A program made the translations under genes and the position numbers. The notes beneath the pieces were generated by a model. It searched no databases. It saw only the letters and a program-made list of their open reading frames with translations, and was not told the DNA's origin. 64,000 bases of DNA from Eledone cirrhosa (lineage: Eukaryota). Every line of letters begins with the position of its first letter. Position 1 is the stretch's first letter. The stretch is taken from positions 110,174,001 to 110,238,000 of the forward strand of contig OZ024745.1 of NCBI GenBank assembly GCA_964016885.1, read 5' to 3'. This document shows, one piece after another, positions 39,837-52,027 of this stretch.

Positions 39837-40426
39837 CTAGCAGTGGTACAAGGCGTTGCACGGGATAAAGTATTGTGAAATATATAACCGCCTTAGCTAA
39901 GCTTAGTATTGCCACAACCACGGCTGGCAAAGAAGTAAGGGTCGGTCTGGTGGTACGTAAGTAAGCAGCACTGTGGCTTAAAACGTGAGGAAGAAGTTGT
40001 GTGCACTTACCAACTGTTTGGGGAATGAGTGTGAGATTTGTCTTGAGCAAGGGTGGCTGAATAACCGGAGGCAGCCGACAGCCAGACATAGACAGATATT
40101 ATAAGGGCACGTTCTGGATGCAGAGTGAATTGTAGAAAGTGACGTAATGCAGACAGCCAGACATACAGACAGATATTATAAGGGCGCGACGTTATATGTA
40201 TGTATCTATCTAAAAAGAGAAAGACTAAGAATTATAGAGAGAGATCGCTAAATCGCCTAATGTGGTCCCTAGGGCATTGAAAATTTGAAATTTCTTTTGC
40301 TCAGAACTCTCCCTAAAACATAAGTATTACATGTGTAAAGTTTGAAAACATTCAGTTGGCTGCTTCTCTAGTTTTAGGGATTCAAACTCACACACACACA
40401 GACATCCTCAGTTTTATATATATAGA
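39837..40426 (-). mobile_element. Non-autonomous Helitron
   Basis: Minus strand begins TCTATATATATAAAA and ends cccgtgcaacgcc..CTAG followed by T. Confidence 0.7.
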
Positions 40427-40960
40427 CTAGCAGAAAACCACCCGGTGGGCGGTTTTCTGTTAGCAGATCTAGTGTATATACTGATATTGTTGAGATTTGG
40501 ATGAGAAATGTTTTCGGCACCACATGTTCACCGTCTCTCGGTGTGTCTTTTATGCATGTATAAATATATATGTTATCTATACGGTGAAATCTTTGAAATA
40601 AATATATGTTAAAACGAAAAAGGAGAAAAAGAGATTAGTGACGGAAATATAAACGTTATGATACATAAACGTTATGATATAACGATGGAAATATATCTTC
40701 AAATGGTCTTTGGCATGGTGTCAAGTCAGAACCGCCTCGAACTGGTTACTTCTGGCTTGTGCAAGGTGTCTCTATAGCAACCAGCGATTCCCTCGGCCTC
40801 AGTGACCAAAGTCAGTGGAGAGGGGAAGGTAATGTTTCTATAGCGACAGTGTTTTTCTTGGTAGTACCAAAGTGGAGAAAGGAAGGGGAAGGTAATATTT
40901 CTGTAGCACCTACATTTGAGTTTTAGGGAAGGACAGACAGACAAACAGAGAAATGCCCAT
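40427..40960 (-). mobile_element. Second non-autonomous Helitron, head-to-tail with the first
   Basis: CTAG end with a GC-rich hairpin at 40427-40463; (GACA)n-agaaatgccc motif near the presumed 5' end. Confidence 0.6.
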
Positions 40961-41261
40961 ATATTTCTGTGTGTGTATATATATATATATTACACACACA
41001 GAAATGTATATATATTTCTGTGTGTATATATATATATTACACACACAGAAATGTATATATATTTCTGTGTGTATATATATATATTACACACACAGAAATG
41101 TATATATATTTCTGTGTGTATATATATATATATATTACACACACAGAAATGTATATATATTTCTGTGTGTATATATATATATTACACACACAGAAATGTA
41201 TATATATTTCTGTGTGTGTATATATATATATATTACACACACAGAAATGTATATATATTTC
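40945..41261. repeat. Tandem array of palindromic ~45-50-bp units
   Basis: acacacagaaat-gtatatat-atttctgtgtgt-(TA)n, about 6-7 copies. Confidence 0.92.
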
Positions 41262-41571
41262 TTAAAACAAAATTATTATTAATGTTTTGCTGTTCATAAC
41301 AATTGGAATTGAAAAATTACTTTTGAAATTATTAGTTATTTTACTAATGCTTAGATATGTAAAAATGAAGCAATGTTTCTAATAATTGTTTCTACTTTTG
41401 GCACAAGGCCAGCAATTACCCAGTACATTACTGATACTTTATTTTATCGACCCTGTGAGGATAAAAGGCAAAACCTCGGCGGTATTTGAACGCAGACCGT
41501 AAAGGGACGTAACTCCATGCTATGAAGCATGGTGTCCGACTCTCTACAGATTCTGCCAATCCACCGCCCTA

Positions 41572-41825
41572 ATGTCTGTACGAAAGAAAGGCAGAGGTGA
41601 AGTGATGAAGTGACTCTCTCCTCCTCCTCCTCCATCTCCCCATTCGTCACAGCGATAGAGGGGAGGAATGTTAGTGTGTTACAAAGCGAAAGAGTAAGAG
41701 TGAGAGAAACAGACAGGCTAAAAGAGAGGGATAGCTGGAGAGAGAGAGATAGCAACCACGCGCGCACGTGTTTCCACTGTCGGACAGACAGACAGAGAAA
41801 TTGCTGGTTATATATTATAAGGAGA
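41572..41825 (-). mobile_element. Helitron-like 5' fragment
   Basis: Minus strand A^TCTCCTTATAATATATAA followed by (CTGT)n; other end abuts a SINE. Confidence 0.5.
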
Positions 41826-42980
41826 TTAGACACACCAACAGCATATGCTAACATCTTTAGTCATTATCTTATGACTAGCTTTTGACCAGAAAAGTATGTC
41901 ATCAACTAGCATCCAACTTTCTTCAGAGATTTTGTCTCTAAACCACATCTTTAAGTTAATGGTTGAGCAGAGATGGTGAGTTATTGTCCTTCCTTCCTGG
42001 CTTCCAGCTCAACTCTTCTTACCTAACAGAAACATCTATTTCAGTATAAGCAAACAAGGGAACTTCTATGTTGTTGCTTGAGTTGCTAGAAAAGGCAATC
42101 AAATGTTCCTAAAACAAATCTTTGTCATCTGAAAAAAATTGATGGCATGTTAGATAATTAAGATTTGGATATACCATGTCTGAGAAAGAAAAAGACTGGT
42201 TGGTCATGGATGGAACTTATTTGATCATACGCCTATTGGATTAAGTTTGATCTGGGACTAAACAACAATAGTAGCATATATAGAGGGCTGAAATGGATGA
42301 TGATGTACAGACAAGAAGTAAAAAGTTCAGAATTAAGGAACTTTAAAATGTATATCTAGTTTCTTAGTGAGTTCATTCTACCTTGGGATAGAATACTATC
42401 CTAGTTCAGGTAACTTTCTGATAGAATATGTTAGAAACCTGCTCTTGATAGACTGTGAATTAGCAGGCATTAAAGTTAGAGCATCAGATCAGATGCTCCA
42501 TGGCATCTGTTCAATCTCATTGCCCAATTTACCACTGCTACTTGTTCTTTTGGTGCCTTCAGCAAAGTTTACACTGTTGCAAACATTTCAGTTAGGTCTC
42601 CAGCTTCAGGATGTTTTTTCCTCCACTTCTTCCCACCAGTTACAGAGGCCCTGAAAAGACAAAGGGGTATGAGTGCTGCCTTTCCTTCACAGACTAAATA
42701 AAAAGGGAGAATTGAATTCAAGGTCTGCAAGCTGGTAGTCAATGTTTATGACTCTTCAGCCATTGGTTAAGGATCATAACAATCACAAAACTATAATTCT
42801 TTATGCCAGCCATTATGCATGCTGGAGGTAATGTGAATCAATATTCATAAGCTTCAATATTAAAACCATTTCGAGGAACTCCCATATAAAGAAATCAGTA
42901 GTGAAATATCTTGAAAAATAAATCAAAACAAAAAGTATATAAAATTCGTCTTAATGCATACCTGCAGGTTTTGTGTACAA

Positions 42981-43090
<110 letters not shown>

Positions 43091-46000
43091 ATACATGCAT
43101 ATGCACAAGTATATATATATTGCAAAGACAATTTACTCATACATATAAACTAATGTTTATGAAAATCTTCAGTTTCCAAATCTCTAAGTGTGTGTGAGAG
43201 AGAGAGAGAGGGGGAGAGAATGTTAAGTGACACAGACATTACCATTTCAAAAATATATTCAACTTGAACACTTAATTATTAAAGACATATCTTCCGATAA
43301 GAAACATTGGTTTTATTTTATTTTTTATAAATAATTTAAAAGGCCTTTATGAAAAGTTAGCTAATTCAATAATGTCAATACTTTGAGGTAAATAACAAAA
43401 TTATGTTTGGAAAATACAATAAAGAGAGCAGATCTGAGATTCCAATGTTTTGTTTGTTTTTCTTCATTCTTCAAATAGATAAATATTGCTTTGAAGTAAA
43501 AATAATTTCAAACTACGAAGAGAAACATTTTAAAAAAAAGCAAACAAAAATACAGTTTATTCCATCAGGAAAAGTTTCAACTAACAATTGTTGACACTTT
43601 GAACTAAAAATTGCAAATAAATGCAGAAATTAGCTCAAAGTATGGAAACCTATTCCTTGCTGCTTGCACAGAAAAGTGAAAAAGAATAACAAAACAAATA
43701 TTACCTGTATGAGTGCATGCCTATGTCATACATGGAAAATAAATAACAACAAAAGTAATTTGGTAAAGATTAGAGTACATTGTATTTTAATTTCAGAGAA
43801 AATATATGTAATAACACAAAATATTTAAATATATAGGATTGCACATAAAGATAAACATGTATAATTTTACTTAAGAATTATGTCGATGTTTTTTTTTCCC
43901 TTCAAATCATTTGTAAAAAACAATATTTCCACCATTCACAAGATGCTTCACCCCACATGCATGATTTACATAATTTTTCTTTTATGTTTAAGTTATTAAA
44001 TTATCAAAGTGTTTATATATGTAGAAACAAACCAAATTCTGGACTTTGCATGTTTAATCGCTCATGCATATCTATTAAATTTCTTAATCATTACTATGAC
44101 ATTCTCTTAACCATTTTGATATCAAACTGCATGAAATTATACCTGTGTTTATGGTATAAAGCTGCTAGCTTTTAAGTGCTTATCATCAGCATCATCGATT
44201 AACGTCTATCTTCCACGCTAGCATGGGTTAAACGGGTTTGTCCCATTTAGAGGCAAGTTGGGTCTTGCTCATATAGAAGAGTTTCTGGCTGATTTTCTAT
44301 GGCTGGATGCCCTTCCTAACGCCAACCATATTGACAGTGTGTGCTTGTTGCCATGTCTTTTACACGTCCACTTTACAGTGTGGGCTGGGTGCTTTTTGTC
44401 CTGACACCTACACAATCTCTTTACAGTGTGGACTGGAAGGTTTGAGGTACCAGTATAATATACATATATATACATACACATATCATGATAATGATATACA
44501 CAAATATATATATATATTTGCATGCATATACATATACCATATATGTAATCATCATCATTATCACCGCTTTACGTCCATTCTTCCACGCTGGATAAAATGC
44601 AACATACTAAGACAGCAATGATATGGTATGCAGCACTGAATCTGTGGATTGTATCTAGTCATAAACTTCTTCAATCCTATAAGGTTACTTAATCAAGGAG
44701 GGCTGGTTAGGCCTACCCAACACCAACTCTGACCTTGGTTTCTTTTATGACAATGTATATAGATAAACACTTTGATAATTCAGTAACTTAAACATAAAAT
44801 AAAAATTATATAAATTGTGTGTGTGCGATAGGGTGAAGAATCTTGTGAATAGTAGAAATATTGTTTTTTACAAATGGTTTGAAGGAAGGAAAAAAAAAAA
44901 AAAAAAAATCGACATCAATTTTAAGTAAAATTATACATGTTTATCTTCATGTCAATTCTGTGTATTTAAATATTTTGTGTTAGATATATTTTCTCTGAAA
45001 TTAAAATACAATGTACTGTAATCTTTACCAAATTGTTGCTGTTGTTTTTATTTATTTATTTATTTTCCATGTGTGACAGTTGCTTCTGGCAGGACCTGTT
45101 GGAGAGAGTGTTTGAGGAATCTTCCCCCATAACTCTCTCAGAAATAAGTGGGTGAAGAAAAAGAGACATAGGCCTGCATGCATATAGGTAATATATGTTT
45201 TGTTTTGCTTTTCTTTTGATACCAAACTGCCTGAAACTGATCTTGGTTCCATGATTCAAAACCATTTTTAAGTATTTATATTTATCTAAAGAAAAAAAAC
45301 TCCAAGCATAATTTTATACAAGAACCTTTGTTACACTAAATTCCTCCTGAGCAATTTCTATTTATTAGCAGCATAAGCATTATGCTCATATTAATTGTCA
45401 TTTAAATAACAATGATAGTATTTTAAAAAATATACCAATGACTATATTAGAGAAATTAAGGGAACATAAAAATTTAAACTAAGAAAAATATTATTATTTT
45501 CATTTTTTCTTTTTTTTTTTAGTTGGGGGAATCAATCATGAAAATAAAATATGTTGCTCAAATCACCAGAAATTATGATGAGAGGCTAAATTAATGTTTT
45601 GATAAAATCAAATTATGTTGAAGATACAAGGCTTCATTCAATAGATACTTTAGGTTTGAGGATGTGCATAAGATTAGCAGCCCCACCACATAAAATGTGC
45701 TTAGTAAACATCATCAGAAAGTAAAACAAGTCTATCCTTGTTGCAAATAAAGGAGTCACTCAAATACTGATGACATCATCTGGTTAGGGTCTTTCTAGAG
45801 CTGCTGCTATGCCCTTTGACCTCTGGTGCATTAGAAGCCCTAATTTCCTGAGAATCAGCAGACCAAGAATCATCTCAGCAAGATGCAAAGAACTGGAAAC
45901 AGTTAAAAAAGAATTTTATGGGACAGGACTTATGAGGCATATGATGATGGTCTATGTCCCACAGGGAGATGAAAAGTTAAGAAATATCCAATATTAATTC

Positions 46001-47618
46001 ACTAACAATAACATAATAACAATTTAGTCTATTTTTTATTAAGAAAGAATGCACCAGCATTTTTCTCTTTTACTGAAAAATTTGTCTGAAACATCAGCAA
46101 CTTCCCCTTTACAATGGCATACCAACTTAAGTAATTTTCCTTTCATACCAATAGATACATTTTGTGCTGGCAGAGATCAACATCAGTTTCCTTGGATTCT
46201 GTTGTTTTTTTACCTAGCAATAATAATCGATGTGGTATTCTTTAAATAACGAATATAATACTTTAATTTCCCCTCAGCTGCCTGTTTTTGTATATTCACT
46301 TTTGTGCAACTCATATTTCATAATGTTTTGAAACTTAAGAAAAATAAAAACGTTCTTGGAAGACATTCTTTTCAAATCACAGCAAATTTTGTTTTCTTTC
46401 TATTAGAATTCTCTATATCTAGATATCAATTTACTATCTTAATAGTTTTCAGATCTAACGATTCATTTCAAAGACTAACTATCTGCTTAGCAGCTATTAA
46501 CAAAAACCGAATGCTGTAATGACAGATGAAGACTTCCTTTTGACTATATGATAAGGCAATCTGACACATAGATTCAAATGAAGTGACAGTAGTTGTTGAT
46601 GACAACAACTTCGACAAGGTTAATTCTTTGTCTATCTATTGCATCTTAAATTTCTTCACCCTTTTTCTAGCTCTAGACATTACTTAGGCAATGATTGATT
46701 CAGGAAGTGTGATATTCAGAACAACAGTGAAATAAGAAATTATGTTTGAAATAAATATGAAAGCTAAATTTAAAACCAAAACAGAGACAGGTGTTTTAGA
46801 AAATATGATACATTTGCCTGAAGTAGGTCCATTGTCTTTGTTTTAACAAAAAGACCATTTCACAATACTTATTTCAAAAACTAAATTTTTAACACTTATG
46901 CAGTAACGTAGCTGCTAGAGAGTAGAGTAGAGTAGAGGTGGAATTTTTTGTGTATCATGTTGTATATTTTTGGTAGGGGTGAGCACATCCTCAAGTATCG
47001 CACTCCTCACGCCTACCCATGTCACAGAATTTAGGTTCATATTTCAGAGCCTAGACAAAATTAAACATGTTTCTAACTTAATAACAGGAATAAACATTCA
47101 TATAAATATATTTACTCAAACTGAAAGTAACACCTGTAAGTTTGACAATAAAATTATGAAATATTGCAAAACAAAGCATTTTACTTTTTAGAAACAAGTT
47201 CTTATATATATTAGTTCTCCTTTCACAAGCACAAGCTCAAATCCCGCCGAGGTTGACTTTGCCTTTCATCCTTACGGGGTCCATAAAATAAAGTACCAGT
47301 AATGCACTGGATAATTGCTGGCCTTGTGTCTAAAGTAGAAACAATTATTTACAATGCCGGACTTAGCTATGACCTAAATAAGCTATGGCTTATGGTGACA
47401 TGCTCGTAGGGCCTCATTTTGAAAAAATATATATTATCATTAGATTTTATACTTTAACACAAACTCATAAAAGATTGTGTGTATATATAATGTATCATAT
47501 TTTCTAAAACACCTGTCTCTGTTTTGTTTTTAAATTTAGCTTACATATTTATTTCAAACATAATTTCTTATTTCACTGTTGTTCTGAATATCACACTTCC
47601 TGAATCAAATATTGTCTA

Positions 47619-47900
47619 AGGCGCATTGCCTAGTGGTTAGAGCATTGGCCTTGCAATCGAAAGGTTGTGAGTTCAATTCTCGGACCAGGGACCGGGTGAT
47701 GTGTTGTTTCCTTGAGCAAGACACTTTATTTCACGTTGCTCGAGTTTACTCAGCTGTAGAAATGAGATGAAGAGGTGCCGGCCTGCCCGCCCAGCCAGTG
47801 GGATGGCGTTATCTTATGGCTAAAACAGCACGATGTGCTGTGACCGGCGGCGCCGAATGGACGCCCGACAGACTGGTCGGTCAAGGTGATCTCAAGGTGA
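47619..47900 (+). mobile_element. tRNA/CORE-type SINE with GC-rich alternative tail
   Basis: Same head and core; diverges after gtagaaatgagatga. Confidence 0.8.
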
Positions 47901-47997
47901 TATATATATATATATAGGTATTAAAGGTGCAAATTAATTGCGCCCATAGGAGGTATGCCGATATGAGCACTTGATGCTCTTGGGGAGCAGAGTATCA

Positions 47998-48362
47998 ATA
48001 ATAACAATATATACGGGAACAAAGAATTAGTATTGCATCATATTCATATTTAATTACATATTACACATGTTTCACTGTCGATCAGTGAAACATGTTAACA
48101 TGTAGACATGAGTCTACATGTTAACACATATCTGAGGAGTTTCTGATTCCAGAGTTAGTTTTGATCATTAATCGAGCGTTCCTCGAGCTGATTGACAGTG
48201 AAACATATGTAATTAAATATGTATATGATGCAATACTGAATCTCTGTTCCCTTATACATTATTATATAACCTTTTATGTTAAAGTATTCATATTTTAGTT
48301 AACACTCACCATAATTTTGGTAAGACTCTTTTTGTTGTGTTCCGGTATCCATTTGATTATAT
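47998..48362. mobile_element. Short inverted PLE-like remnant with split hammerhead and nested palindromes
   Basis: Arms ~48000-48085 and 48188-48270; CTGAGGA at 48132 and GAAAC at 48200. Confidence 0.6.
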
Positions 48363-50374
48363 CAAAGTTAGTTACATCGCTAAATTCCACCAAATTCTTG
48401 ATAATTTTCAAATTTAAATGAAATACATAGGCAGTGTATTTCGTTAAAAAATATGTGTTAAAGAGTTAAAATAGTATTGGTGTGGCCGAGGCGCCGGACA
48501 GACAAGGGTGTAGTGTATGTCGCTCCCCTCTCTTTCGTTGGTTAATCCTTTTTTCTTTTCAGTTCCTTTTCTTCTTTTTTCCCTTTAATAGTGTGTTTTG
48601 TTTTTGTTATATACATCTCAATTATTTTTATGTAATTATGTCTTAGAAATAAAAGATCACTTAACACATTGTTCTTATATTAAAAGAATGAAAACACTCA
48701 TAGCAATTTTTACTTGAATATACAACCATTACTCTGCCTTTTATACAACTGGAAAATATTTCACTTGATGCCTGTATTCAGCAAAAAACTGTATGATAAT
48801 ATACACATAGCGTTCAACAAAGTTTGGTAATCCACATGCATGATTTTAGCATAACTGTTATCCTTCTTGGGTCGATAAAATATAGTTGTTTCTACTTTTG
48901 GCACAAGGCCAGCAATTACCCAGTACATTACTGGTACTTTATTTTATCGACCCCGTAATGATGAAAGGCAAATTTAACCTCCGCGGGATTTGAACTCAGA
49001 TCGTAAAGGGACGTAACTATGTTGCAAAGCATGTCCGACCCTCTACCGATACTGCCAAATTCCAGTCAATTCCAGGTTTATTTAATTGACTTTCCCCTTC
49101 CCTCTAAATCACTGGTTTTGTGTCTAAATTAAAAACCATTATCAGGAGTGAACGTGATAAAAGCGAATTTGGTCTTTGTTTTATAGTAGAATTCACTAAT
49201 TGTCGTAAATATTTAGCTTATTGTAAATATTTTCAATGCACATATCCCAACAATTAAGAAGACGTTGACTTCCTCGTAGGTCTCTAAAAGACTCTCCAAC
49301 AAACTGCCGTTGGATTGCAAAGTGATAGCTTTTTTGATAGGTTACGTAATGTGTTTACAAGACACTAGTAGAATGTTCATCTTTGGAACATTTCGTTGGT
49401 GACATTTTCCCAAGATGCCATGCCGTGTGATCGAATCTGGGACCTAATGAACGATTAGGCTATGCTATGTCTAAAAGTTGCACAACACATTATGAAACTC
49501 AACCAGAGATGTGAGATCATGAAACTTCAACCACCAATACCTTTTAGAATAAACATGTTGGAAGCAATATTAAGTTTACCAAGTTAATATACAGGTTTGA
49601 ATGTGTAACACAACAATAAAACATCTTGACATTCTTTATTTTATTTTTAATGCTGATTTATCAAGTTTAGGTTTTCCTCTTTCCTTAATTTTTTTTAAAG
49701 AAACATCCTACACCGTTTTTTTTCTGGGAACCAATGATAGAAGCAAAACTAATTTGTATAACAGATTTTTGTAGCTTGCTTGAAGCATTGTTGAATAGGA
49801 AGCATACATTTAAATTGTTTGGTCTTCAAAATTATTTAATTGATATAAGGCGATAATGTACAATAATTCCCTTGGTTTTTACGTATTTGTTTTACAAGAC
49901 ACTTATAGGAATAGTTTTGTATCCCTTTGTTGACACAAACTTTATACGAAATTCAGACTGGTCGTATTGTTTTGAGGCAGAACTATAATGAAATTGTTAA
50001 AGGAATTAAACCAATGTTTCAATTCTTGAGCGAACATCCATTGAAATTATGGGTTTGGCATTGCATTATTCAAGTTTATAATGATCTATTCTGAATTGAT
50101 ATAATCTAGCCAGTTTTCGATTACGTTAAATTCTGCATCTCTGAATAACATTTATGTTGACGAAAGTGTTGTGTAATGATGTAAAGATATAACTAGAATA
50201 AATTTTCACAACATTCTTCCTCTCTTGATAATGTTTTTAATTCACAAATCGAAACGAGTAGGGGTACGCAGGAGTCATACTGACTGACTTCTTCAGAAGA
50301 GCAATTGTTGGCAGCTAATCATTTATTAAGGGGTTTCACTTCATTTACTTCAAAGGGTTACCTTTTACGCGTTG

Positions 50375-50622
50375 GGTTGCCATTAACACGTTGCACAACT
50401 CTTAAGTGAGAGAAACATGCTAATCAGGTCCTGTATTGGTACCCCCATGGTAAGAGGTGCAGAGGACCTCCCAAGATGAACTAGCGGCAGATAATTGACA
50501 GAGACTTGAAACCCGTCAACAAAAGTTGGAACGATGTATTGATGGATGCAACTGACCGTGGTCATTGGAGCACTTTAGCTACCTCATGCGTCACAAGACG
50601 CGAAAGCTTCTAAATCTAAGTA
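50375..50622 (+). mobile_element. Degenerate RTE-like 3' end
   Basis: PHGKRCRGPPKM resembles the RGRP motif; followed by a short ctaaatctaag tail. Confidence 0.55.
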
Positions 50623-51642
50623 TTTTGAGATAACGTTTGAGTTTCATTCTTACTGAGTAACATTAGGGTAGCGAACCAGTTAAGAATTACACAACAACAA
50701 TGAACAACAAGAATGATTCAGAAGTCTCCCGTGAGAGTAGCTGCATTGGTTGCAGTGCACAACATTGACCAGAGTGAGGAGGGGTGTAAGTAAGAACAGT
50801 TTACCAATATCGAGTACACAATACATTTAAATTTAAATTCTATAATTGGTTTTGAAATTACTCTATAACCATTACACCGAGGGTTCTAACTATTTGTTCT
50901 ATCCCATGAAATTCCGTTGAATTAAATTCTTATTGGTGCATCATGGTTGTATGATTAAGAAGTTTGGTTCGATCACATTGCATGGATTCTTGGGCAAATA
51001 TCATTTAATTTATTATCGTTGCCCATGGAGTTAAAACTAGTGGTTGTGCCTTATGATATTCCTGCACTTCCTAAGTCGTAAAAGGAGCTAAGTGATCGGC
51101 GTGGGTATTAAGCCAGCATGCCAAAACTAGTAAACAACTGGCTAAGGTAATTAAGGAAACCTGGAACATTCATCAATGATAATTAGAAAATATCGATTCT
51201 TGTCGAAATTAAGAAGAGAGGCTTTAAAGTCATTGTTTAACCACTCAAAACGCTGAGTAATACTTAAAAGATGCGTGGGTGGAATTTTGGTATGTATCGT
51301 ACTTTGCATGAACTGATGAAACATTCTCTAGGAAGTATAACATCTTGTTAAATCTCACAATCTCACTAATCTCTTAGTGGTACAATAAAGTGGAGGCACG
51401 TGGCTTAGTGGTTAGAGAGTTGAAATCACAAGTCTAGCAACCCCCGTAAGGATGAAAGGCAAAGTTAACCCCGGCGGGATTTGAACTTAGAACGTAAAGG
51501 GCCATAACTCTATGCTGCAAAGCATGGCTCTAGCGCTACTGCCGATCCACAAAAATTATAATGGCCAAAAATAATTCCTGGCTTCAAGCAGGATTAGAAA
51601 CTGGCTCACAGAATTGCCTTACCATGACTCAAACATAATTCT

Positions 51643-51726
51643 ATAGTACTGAGGATCATAACTAAATGTATTTTGAAATAGTCTGTATGTTACAAATGTT
51701 TATTGGTTACTTAGTAAAGATCAAAG

Positions 51727-51770
<44 letters not shown>

Positions 51771-51854
51771 CTTTGATCTTTACTAAGTAACCAATAAACA
51801 TTTGTAACATACAGACTATTTCAAAATACATTTAGTTATGATCCTCAGTACTAT
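51643..51854. repeat. Perfect 212-bp palindrome centred on (TA)19
   Basis: 87-bp unique arms that are exact reverse complements by eye. Confidence 0.93.
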
Positions 51855-51985
51855 GTATGTATGTATATGTATGTATATATGTATGTATATATGTATGTAT
51901 ATATATGTATATATACATATATATGTATGTATATATATATATGTATGTATATATATATATGTTTGTGTATTTATATATGTATGTG

Positions 51986-52027
<42 letters not shown>

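Noticed and set aside
49150-50360. Non-repetitive stretch with more CpG, possible transposase remnant
   Set aside because: No motif or sustained frame found by eye.
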